Below are positions 50,801-58,490 of a stretch of DNA of 64,000 bases, one piece after another (within the stretch, counting starts at the first letter, position 1; every line of letters begins with the position of its first letter). Below the pieces are notes generated by a model that was not told the DNA's origin, made no database searches, and worked only from the letters and a program-made list of their open reading frames with translations. The stretch comes from an uncultured Clostridia bacterium (GTDB taxonomy: Bacteria; Bacillota; Clostridia; TANB77; CAG-508), in NCBI GenBank assembly GCA_944390535.1, contig CALXQV010000044.1, positions 6,431 through 70,430 of the forward strand, given 5' to 3'. Position numbers and translations under genes: made by a program.

Positions 50801-51779
50801 TATTTTGAATCTTAAAACCAACACCTGGTAATTTAACTTGATGATTATCTTCATTTACTTTGATTACTTTTAGATTTCCTAGTAAACCTATATTATATGG
50901 AAATTCCTTATCAAAATTATGTGCTGATGTATAACTAACCTTTCTTGAAATGATACTTTGATAACTAGATCCATCTTGTGGTTCTAAGAAAGAAATTTCC
51001 ACACCTTTTACTGGTACACTACCTTTTACACTAATGCTTGTAATTTTACGGATACCACTTTTAATTGGTATTGAGATATAAAAGTCTCTTCCTGATTCTA
51101 TACCCCCAACATCCATTAGATATGGTACAGTTCCTACATATCCACTTAAAACAATTCCTCTAACTGCATTTCCATTTTGGTCCTTTACTTCTATCCCTGT
51201 TAAACTTCCTGAAAAGCTCCAGTTAAATGGTCCTACTTTTATATAATCGCCGTCAGATTTTACAGTAATTGCTTCTTTATTTGTATTATCTGTTAATTCT
51301 TGCATATTGGCTAATTCATCTGCATATTGTGAACCTTCAGAATCTAAATACGACTCATCTCCTGCATTTGCATTTGTAAAACTATCATATAGTCCTGCAT
51401 GATATTGTCCTACTTGAGTCATCCATGTATGCATGTAATTCCATATAGCATTTTGCACTGGACCATCTTCTTTATCTTCACCATTATCAGCTGATAATAT
51501 ATAAGCAAGTTTTGCATTATACCAGCTATCAATCGTTCCACCATTATGGTCTACTGAAGTATTGCCTTCTATCCATACTTTAGAAATAACTTGATAACTT
51601 TTTTCTGAGTCTAATTTTTGTCCATGTTGAACACAAAATAAGTCTGGATCCTCTAAATATTTACTATATGTTATAGGCTCATGTTCTCCTACTTCATATG
51701 CTTTTGCTAGATTTGCAAATGCTAATATAGCAACTACCATAATGATCATTCCGATTAAGCATTTTTTCGTTTTACGCAT
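47817..51779 (-). CDS. B-type surface adhesin (1320 aa): thioester-domain-like N-terminus, SpaA/CnaB-type and SdrD-B-like domains, PxTG-type sorting signal
   Basis: GGAGGG SD and signal peptide ...ANLAKA. FCVQHG ... VQNAIW. LKVIKVNEDNHQVKLPGVGFKI...GTYVAYETKNPNYGYE. C-terminal ITPNTGEN+TM+KKK. Confidence 0.85.
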   Translation of the reverse strand: MRKTKKCLIGMIIMVVAILAFANLAKAYEVGEHEPITYSKYLEDPDLFCVQHGQKLDSEKSYQVISKVWIEGNTSVDHNGGTIDSWYNAKLAYILSADNGEDKEDGPVQNAIWNYMHTWMTQVGQYHAGLYDSFTNANAGDESYLDSEGSQYADELANMQELTDNTNKEAITVKSDGDYIKVGPFNWSFSGSLTGIEVKDQNGNAVRGIVLSGYVGTVPYLMDVGGIESGRDFYISIPIKSGIRKITSISVKGSVPVKGVEISFLEPQDGSSYQSIISRKVSYTSAHNFDKEFPYNIGLLGNLKVIKVNEDNHQVKLPGVGFKIQNKQMGLYVHQDANGKITYVNESQATEFVTDAKGEILIKDLIVGTYVAYETKNPNYGYEFISEGVEHTVVVDKTEEFVIENKQIYVKLSGYVWIDKPSGKQSQRNSLYRDNSNDDADELLEGVIVRLIDRATGQVVKNDNDQEFSAVTKQIDLGDSILRYYQFVDVRIDELEKYYMEFEYDGLTYTNVTPHIDKDNGSKAAENAGVRDTFNKKFSRIEGASETTGVALDQNGNVAHELHYSKDKEQHNSTFINEGLPVGQYPITANTDETDYMIREQFEYGMEEIPYINLGLYIRQQPDLALIKDMQNVRLAINGYQHIYEYAQRFAHLKEQEADGDYSDTAFNVGVKFGSEYVNDSYTRAIYKADYEYINEADSSRELKVYVTYRIAVRNESSSLIAQVNSLVDYFDSRYTIVAAGTGINQKGIITGNIDYKQEGYNNQYSKAIIYTNSRIESGKTSEIYVQFELSRQAVVEILNDRKNLENVVEINSYSTFDKNGNVYAGIDLDSNPGNAVPGNTSTYEDDTDSSPSLKLEVADAREMAGKIFLDSTSGELMTGKIRQGSGQYEDGEIGIEGVEVTLKENTGTGLIYKATTDSNGDFHIANFIPGDYTLTYTWGNETYTVQNYKGTVYDKQRYNANVANKEWYKTDVATRWTDAVDNYDTRLAIDAELNEITNATQTTIHKMDSTTPTMGIGVEYESTYTASYGDRYVYRIENVDFGIVERARQDIVLNKRVSTMKLILANGQPFVDLQITEDGKLEGQTANVTYLPPSPNAIPANGMVRLELDSELIQGSKLEIGYEIKAVNNSELDYISENYYKYGIIEGNVVTITPSAIIDYLDSDWDFDVANNPDWEAIQKDDSRIVLAQEVATSTSIDNAKLLYTESLATYNLQPTQSASVMLNVSKILTSSENIELGNETEIVKVNKPGGADLTSTPGNYVPSTGPAVERDDDMAEVVIITPNTGENMNYILPIAVTATAFVILGVGIVFIKKKVLNK

Positions 51780-51800
51780 TTTTTTCCCTCCTTTCCTTTC

Positions 51801-54800
51801 TTAATTATCCTCTTTTTCATTTTTTCTTTTTACAATAATTGCTGCTAATATTCCTGCTAATACAACGATGGCTACTATGATACCAATTGTCATATAGACA
51901 ACCCCACCAGTTCTAACACTAACAATCACATCTGCTGAACCCATATCATTTTCGCCACTTACATTATTTCCTGGTGTTGAGTTTCCATCTTCTAATCCTA
52001 AATCATTATATGCTTCATAAATTTCTGCATGATTTCTTGTAACTAGATTATCTTCACCCATTGTTTTGGTTAATATTAAAGTTACGGTTCTTGATTCTCC
52101 TGGATAAATGATATCATTTGCTAATGCTGTTGTATATAATGCATTTCCTTTTTCATACCAATCTTTATTTAATTCAGAACTAAATTGTAATTCACCTGGT
52201 AAATAATCTATAAGATTTCTAGCATATCCTGCTACTTCTCCTATATTGGTTACTACAATATTGTATTCAATAATAACATTTGAGCCTTTTATTTGTTTTG
52301 CATCTAATTCAATCTTTGCCATTGTTGCATTGTTATATTCTCTTGTCGTTGTTCCTGCTGAATTTTGAACAATAATTCTATTTACATATTTGTCTAATTT
52401 CAAGTCAAAGTTTTGTAATTCTATTAATCCAATATCAATATTTGAAATATTTTCTGCATCTATATGAAGGATATCTGTTGAAGCCACTTCTTGTTTTTCC
52501 TCTTCAATTAATAATTCATTTAATCTAACATCAGAGTTTTGTGTTTCATTAACCCCTTCTGCTTTATATGTTGTTAATGCATATTTTCCTGCATCATATT
52601 CAAATATAGCAATATATTGTCCTTCTGCGATATTGTCCAGAACATACATACCATTTTGATTTGTTGTTGCTTCTAATATCTTTCCTTGTGTATCTTTTAC
52701 AAATTGATTTGTATTGACATTTAATACTCTTACTTTTATATTTTGTAAAGTCGCTTCTTCATCATCTTTTTTACCATTACCATTTTCATCATACCATGCC
52801 AAACCACTTATCATTTGTTTTCCATTTGCAATATTTCCATTTTGTTCGTCGTCTGTAGGAGGATTATCCTCACCACCATTTGGTCCATCATTATCTTCGA
52901 CTACATCTGCCTCTATTATGTGGTTTAAGTTTGGTGTTCTTGCAATCTCTTCTCCATAAATACTTGCAATTGCTGTATTTGTAATTGTTTCTGCTTCAAC
53001 TCTTGCTTCTGAATAGTTAACAAGTGTTTCTATGACAATGGTCATTTCTCCATTAGCTGGTATTTCATTTTGTATTTCAATATTGTTTGTCTTAAATGCT
53101 ACTTCTTCTCCATTTTTTGTTACACGATTAACGGTTAATTGAGTAGGAATTTTATCTTTAATAATCAATCCTGAAGTTTGAGAACTACTATCATTTTTTA
53201 CATGAATTGTATAAATAATGGTATCTCCAGATTTAACATATTGAGTTTCTGTGTTTGTTTCCATTGTCATGTCAATATCAAAACTATTTACTCTATCTCT
53301 CCAAAGATTTGATTTATATTCTTTTTGTCCTTCTGAAGCAATGATTGAAAAATGAATCGTGTCTACTGTATTATCTGTCATTTCATTAATCCTCATATTA
53401 TAGCTTAATACCTTTGATTCTCCAGGTTTCAATTCTCCTATCTGAATTTTGTCACTATATTCTATAATTTCTACTTGTGTCGTATTCTCTTTAAGTGCAG
53501 TATTTGTTGTTGTCTCTCTTATTTGAGGCTCTGCACCTGAAGATACATCATAGATATCCTCATTTGAAACCGCTTCTTCAGTCATACCTGTGATTAATGA
53601 TAATCTTGATATTCCTAAGTTTTCTGATTTATTCGTTTTTACTGTTACATCCTTTAACGTTTCAGATGATGTATTTTTTATAATTGCAAAATATTCTACT
53701 GTTCCTGCTTCATATAAATCTACACTTCTATCTGTTACTCTTTTTACCATTGCTCTTAAATTTCCACTTTCTGATAAAACCGTAAATTCATTAGTTTCTT
53801 GTACAACATCTAAATAATTAATTTCTACTGTATTTATTATAGAAGTCTTATCTGGTGTGTTTTGGTTAACCATTACTTCATATTCTACATATGTAATCTC
53901 TCCCACAGCTAAGGTATCAATTGTTGTTTCATAAGTATCTGTTTCAACTTCTTTATAGTATGAGGCCCCTGTATACTCATAATTATCAACTGGTTCAACT
54001 AAAACTGTTCCTTCTGGTATGTTTCCTTTTACCATAACATTTTTTACATCTTCTGAACCAACATTTGATACTTGTACTTTATATTTAATCACTTCTCCAT
54101 TTTTTACTGTACTTGTGTTGGTCAATTCTTCTCCACCGACAGTTGCTGTTAAGTTTGTCTCTACTTTTGGTCCTACACCTGTTTCCATTGAAATATCTGT
54201 TGCTTTTACTGTATTTGCACTTCTTGCTTGTCCTTTTGTATAGTTTACTTCATATCCTTCTGTTGCAGTTTGATTATATTCTAGATTTTCTGGTACTTCG
54301 ATTGCATATGAACCACTAACCGTCGTTCTTCCTGCAATATCATCCATTACAACTAAATATTTTTTCACACTTGTTGGATTGGTTATGGTCTCTGTCCATC
54401 CATTTTCTGCATTTGTTATATCTGCTGTTGCATTTTCATTTTCTGTATAATATACCATTCCATTTTCTACATTAATTGCATCAACAACTGCTATATCTAT
54501 GTTGTTTTCTTCTGTTTTTGTTGGGAACGTTCCTAACATAGATACATTTTCAATATTTTCTTCATTATTATTGATCACTTCAAAGTTGACTTCCATTTGT
54601 TTTGCATCTGCTCCTCTTGGTAGACTAACACTTGCTGTTTCTTCTTCTCCAATCGTTTCGATATCTAATGCATTTATTCTATTAATGACTGTTACATCTT
54701 TTGGTGCTACTACTTCTATATTTTGAGAAGTTCTACCAATATCTTCTTGATTCACATAAGCATTTGCTTTTTCATTTGTGTATGTTAGATGAATTGTTTC

Positions 54801-56735
54801 TGGTTTTGCAATAGCCGTTCTATTTACTTGGATAGTTGCCTGTATAATGATATTTGCACCTTCCACAGTTTGTGCTTTATATGCTGTTTGTTCTCCTTCC
54901 ATTTGAATTGTGATATATCTTCCATTAACTGTATAATTGGCAATTCTTAATTCTTCTTCATATAATACGTCTATACTGTTAATTTGTATATTTTCCACTT
55001 GTTCTGGTAATTCAATTGTAAAGGTTGGATTTTTATATAAATCATTTGATTCTGCATCTGTTTTTAAGATTAATTTCATTTCCATATCATTTGCTACAAT
55101 GGTTGATAATGTGTTTCTACTAATCTCTAATCTTGCTTGTGTTACTGTTTCTCTAAGTTCCATCATGATTTCTGTTTCTGCTTTTGTTCCTACTGTATAT
55201 GTTTCTTCTTTTACTGCCAATTCCTCTTCGTTATAGTTGTTATATTCATATGTCACGTTTGTTGCTATTTTGTTTGCTGCTTTTACTGTATCAATATCTG
55301 ATGCACCTATCGTTTTTGTATGCATAAATACTATACTTCCTTCTGCAATTGGTGTAGACGTTCTCATCTCGATTCCTTTTGGTTCTTTTCCTGTGTAATT
55401 AACAACTATATTGCCGTTATGATCAGCTTCTGTATCAGTTGTGATAACTTCTAATAATTCATTATTTTCATTAAATATTTGAATCGTTCCTTCTTGTCCT
55501 AACACTGTATCAAAGTCTTTTTTAGAAATCACTGTTTTATTATAGTATATATTACTATCTGCTTCTCCATCAGCTACTATATATCTACTTGCTTCTTCTT
55601 TGATAGATATATATTCTTCTATATTTGCTAAGTTTACATCTAAAATTGTTTGACTCGTATATTGTCTGTCTATACTTGAATATAATTTTCCTTTATATAT
55701 ACTCTTTTCAGAATCATTCGCTGTAACTTCTATAGTAGCATCGATTTCTTTCTCTGGTAATACAGCTGATTTAGCATTTGAAACCAATACTTTATCATTT
55801 TGCAAAGTAACCTTTTGTTCTGAAGTAAATTCTAGATTTTCAAATGTTACATCTGCATCATAAATATATGTCAAAATAACTTTTTCTTCCCCTTGTTTTC
55901 TCCATAAAATTTCATTGTTTTGTGTTGGTTTGTTGGTTAACGTTATTTCTACATATCCATTTTCATATTTATAATCAAATGCTGACATTGTATTTAATTG
56001 AATATCTTTCATTACTTCTGGTAAGTTTCCATCAATTTCTGGTACATTTACTCTTGCATAAATTTCCTTCATTGGATAATGATTGCCATTTAATCCCATA
56101 TGTAATGCTAGTTGGATAACACGTTTTTCTTCACCAGATACTTTGATTAATTTATTTGTCATAACTTCAATTTCATTTTTTACACTGTTTTCTACATTTG
56201 CTTCAATTAATGTCATATTTACTGTTCTGGTTGCTTTGATAGCTATATCTTTTTCTGTATTATCTCTATAAATACCTGTTAATGTTAACTCGCTTTGACA
56301 ATCTAACATGCTAATATTCATTACATCTGTATCAATTGGTTTTACTTTTACCTCTATTTCTGCATTTGTTCCTACATCTAATTGATTTAAATAGATCGTA
56401 TTATCTGAAATGCTACTTACTAAAGCACTTTCACAACTTGTGATATTGAAATTAGCATTTTCTAATTTTACCTTTCCTGTAAAAAATCCTTCTGTATGGA
56501 CATTAACAGCTACATACAAAGAAAGTTCTTGCATATCTGCTGTTCTTTCTAAGGTTGTTGTTTTTTGCCCTTCACTATCTTTGAAATAGGCATCAAACTC
56601 AACATTTTTGTGGTTCGTAGCTATTGTGTTTACTGCATAACTGATTAGACTTGAACCCAAAAATATAAAATTAGTCATCGTTAATGTCATCACTAATACA
56701 ATCACTACACTAATTTTTAAAATCTTGTCTTTCAT
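51801..56735 (-). CDS. A-type surface protein (1644 aa): repeated DUF11-like beta domains, SdrD-B-like domain, C-terminal SVRTGG+TM+basic tail
   Basis: AAGGGAGG lies 7 nt upstream of the ATG at 56735. The ORF-track start at 56840 overlaps the predicted promoter. GEVIKYKVQVSNVGSEDVKNVMVKGNIPEGT and GLAWYDENGNGKKD. Confidence 0.85.
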   Translation of the reverse strand: MKDKILKISVVIVLVMTLTMTNFIFLGSSLISYAVNTIATNHKNVEFDAYFKDSEGQKTTTLERTADMQELSLYVAVNVHTEGFFTGKVKLENANFNITSCESALVSSISDNTIYLNQLDVGTNAEIEVKVKPIDTDVMNISMLDCQSELTLTGIYRDNTEKDIAIKATRTVNMTLIEANVENSVKNEIEVMTNKLIKVSGEEKRVIQLALHMGLNGNHYPMKEIYARVNVPEIDGNLPEVMKDIQLNTMSAFDYKYENGYVEITLTNKPTQNNEILWRKQGEEKVILTYIYDADVTFENLEFTSEQKVTLQNDKVLVSNAKSAVLPEKEIDATIEVTANDSEKSIYKGKLYSSIDRQYTSQTILDVNLANIEEYISIKEEASRYIVADGEADSNIYYNKTVISKKDFDTVLGQEGTIQIFNENNELLEVITTDTEADHNGNIVVNYTGKEPKGIEMRTSTPIAEGSIVFMHTKTIGASDIDTVKAANKIATNVTYEYNNYNEEELAVKEETYTVGTKAETEIMMELRETVTQARLEISRNTLSTIVANDMEMKLILKTDAESNDLYKNPTFTIELPEQVENIQINSIDVLYEEELRIANYTVNGRYITIQMEGEQTAYKAQTVEGANIIIQATIQVNRTAIAKPETIHLTYTNEKANAYVNQEDIGRTSQNIEVVAPKDVTVINRINALDIETIGEEETASVSLPRGADAKQMEVNFEVINNNEENIENVSMLGTFPTKTEENNIDIAVVDAINVENGMVYYTENENATADITNAENGWTETITNPTSVKKYLVVMDDIAGRTTVSGSYAIEVPENLEYNQTATEGYEVNYTKGQARSANTVKATDISMETGVGPKVETNLTATVGGEELTNTSTVKNGEVIKYKVQVSNVGSEDVKNVMVKGNIPEGTVLVEPVDNYEYTGASYYKEVETDTYETTIDTLAVGEITYVEYEVMVNQNTPDKTSIINTVEINYLDVVQETNEFTVLSESGNLRAMVKRVTDRSVDLYEAGTVEYFAIIKNTSSETLKDVTVKTNKSENLGISRLSLITGMTEEAVSNEDIYDVSSGAEPQIRETTTNTALKENTTQVEIIEYSDKIQIGELKPGESKVLSYNMRINEMTDNTVDTIHFSIIASEGQKEYKSNLWRDRVNSFDIDMTMETNTETQYVKSGDTIIYTIHVKNDSSSQTSGLIIKDKIPTQLTVNRVTKNGEEVAFKTNNIEIQNEIPANGEMTIVIETLVNYSEARVEAETITNTAIASIYGEEIARTPNLNHIIEADVVEDNDGPNGGEDNPPTDDEQNGNIANGKQMISGLAWYDENGNGKKDDEEATLQNIKVRVLNVNTNQFVKDTQGKILEATTNQNGMYVLDNIAEGQYIAIFEYDAGKYALTTYKAEGVNETQNSDVRLNELLIEEEKQEVASTDILHIDAENISNIDIGLIELQNFDLKLDKYVNRIIVQNSAGTTTREYNNATMAKIELDAKQIKGSNVIIEYNIVVTNIGEVAGYARNLIDYLPGELQFSSELNKDWYEKGNALYTTALANDIIYPGESRTVTLILTKTMGEDNLVTRNHAEIYEAYNDLGLEDGNSTPGNNVSGENDMGSADVIVSVRTGGVVYMTIGIIVAIVVLAGILAAIIVKRKNEKEDN

Positions 56736-56811
56736 ATTGGTACCTCCCTTGGAACTATTTTTGTTTAGACACATTTTCAGCATTATAATTTTACTATTAT
56801 ATCTATTATTT

Positions 56812-56840
56812 ATTATACCTTGTTTTTGTTGATTTTTCAA
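56812..56840 (-). promoter_or_regulatory. sigma-A-type promoter of the surface-protein operon
   Basis: On the minus strand: TTGAAA (56840-56835), 17 nt, TATAAT (56817-56812), about 75 nt upstream of the ATG. Confidence 0.55.
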
Positions 56841-57018
56841 CTTTTTTCGTGTATTTTTTTACTTTTTTTAACATTTTATGTTATGCAAGTATACAAAATG
56901 CATATTTATGTATACTTGCAAATAAATTGTTACAAATATGTTACATTTTTTATTTATACGGCATAGTATATTACATAGAATTTTATATTTTGAATATATA
57001 TTTTATGAGGTGATTATT

Positions 57019-57471
57019 TTGGATAATATGAATTTTGATAAACAAACAATGGATAAATTAAATTCTATGCTAAATAACGGGAATTTAAATGATATACTTT
57101 CTCAAATTCCTCCTGATACTTTAAAAAATTTCTCTTCTATGATGAATGGAAATACCGCGTCTACCCCAGTAGAAAGTAACCATCAAGAATCAAATACTTC
57201 TACAGATACTACTAACAATTCTAATACTTCATCGGCTAATACTGGTTTTGATTTTAGTAATATTGATATAAATACGATGATGAAAATACAATCTGTTATG
57301 AAAAAAATGAATCAGAATTCTGACCCAAGGTCAAATTTATTACATTCCTTAAAACCATATTTACGTGATGAAAAAAAGGGTAAATTAGATCAATATGCAA
57401 ATTTACTAAATATGGCTAATTTAATGGAATTATTTAATCAAAATAATGGTAAGGAGAATTCTAGTGATTAA
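57019..57471 (+). CDS. hypothetical Asn/Ser/Thr-rich small protein
   Basis: GAGGTGA lies 5 nt upstream of the TTG at 57019 (the ATG at 57028 is the alternative). Conserved-looking C-terminus NLLHSLKPYLRDEKKGKLDQYANLL. Confidence 0.5.
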   Translation: MDNMNFDKQTMDKLNSMLNNGNLNDILSQIPPDTLKNFSSMMNGNTASTPVESNHQESNTSTDTTNNSNTSSANTGFDFSNIDINTMMKIQSVMKKMNQNSDPRSNLLHSLKPYLRDEKKGKLDQYANLLNMANLMELFNQNNGKENSSD

Positions 57472-57862
57472 TCATATGCCTTTTTTTAGGTCTCCTTTTT
57501 ACCCTTACTCTCGTAGTTATCCAGGAAATCACTATCAACCACCTGTTCCTACACAAATGGATAATCAAAATACAATCACGCATGTTTCTTCAAATGATAC
57601 GGAAATAAAGGAAAGTGGAGATACTACCCATCAAAATAGAGAATATTCACATGAAAAAAAATCATCTAAGTATTATCATGTTGGACCTATTTTTATTAAC
57701 ACAAATGGTTTTTCTAATAAAGAAGAACCTGTGTTAGAAATTTCTGGTCAAAACTTATACTTAGACGATTTAATTATCTTATCTTTACTCTTCTTTCTTT
57801 ACAAAGAAGATGTAAAAGATGATATGTTATTTATGCTATTAATTTTATTACTAGTTGGGTAA
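57464..57862 (+). CDS. hypothetical protein with a hydrophobic C-terminus
   Basis: AAGGAGA lies 6 nt upstream of the GTG at 57464, with an 8-nt overlap onto the upstream ORF. C-terminus LIILSLLFFLY...MLLILLLVG. Confidence 0.45.
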   Translation: MINHMPFFRSPFYPYSRSYPGNHYQPPVPTQMDNQNTITHVSSNDTEIKESGDTTHQNREYSHEKKSSKYYHVGPIFINTNGFSNKEEPVLEISGQNLYLDDLIILSLLFFLYKEDVKDDMLFMLLILLLVG

Positions 57863-57864
57863 AC

Positions 57865-58476
57865 CTATTCTATGACAATTTCATTGTCAATAATACTAAC
57901 ATATGCTTGTTTATGTAATGGCTCTTCGTCTCTGTCAATTTCCTTTATGACATTTGCAATTCGAATTTGTACTGTATCTAAAGTTCCTGCAGAGATAATT
58001 GCTTGTTTATTTCCTTTTGCTCCTGCATGTGCTAATCCTCTTAATGCTCCTAAGACAACAATATTGTCAGAAGCCATTACTTCTGCACCAGAATTGACAT
58101 CTCCTAGAATAACTAAGCTACCTTCTGTTTCCATTTTTTGCCCTGAACGTAAAGAGCCTCTATGAAATTTCGTTTCAGAAATAGCAATTTCTTTATTGAA
58201 TGTTCTTACAATACTTGAAAGTCCTAAAGATTTAGGCATGTCAAAATCGATTTCCACATCAATATTATGTTTGATAAGTTCTTGTATTTCATCTATTTCC
58301 TTATTTTTTAAAATCTTCCCTGTTACTGTAATTGGTGTCTTTTCATTTTTATACATTTTTTTTAATTCAGGAAGTTTTTTTCTTAAATTTTCTATAATTT
58401 CTTTTTGTTCTGCATTATCATTAATTTTGATGACAATCTCATTTTTTCTTAAATTAATACTTACACAATTTCTCAT
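57865..58476 (-). CDS. minC: septum site-determining protein MinC
   Basis: C-terminal beta-helix repeats LRSGQKMETEGSLVILGDVNSGAEVMASDNIVVLGALRGLAHAG. Sits after PBP2 in the mre cluster. Confidence 0.85.
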   Translation of the reverse strand: MRNCVSINLRKNEIVIKINDNAEQKEIIENLRKKLPELKKMYKNEKTPITVTGKILKNKEIDEIQELIKHNIDVEIDFDMPKSLGLSSIVRTFNKEIAISETKFHRGSLRSGQKMETEGSLVILGDVNSGAEVMASDNIVVLGALRGLAHAGAKGNKQAIISAGTLDTVQIRIANVIKEIDRDEEPLHKQAYVSIIDNEIVIE

Positions 58477-58490
58477 TTTTACATCCTTCC

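Noticed and set aside
56736-56840. N-terminal extension of surface-protein gene A (MKNQQKQGII...)
   Set aside because: It overlaps the predicted TTGAAA-17-TATAAT promoter. The ATG at 56735 has a strong SD and starts a proper signal peptide.
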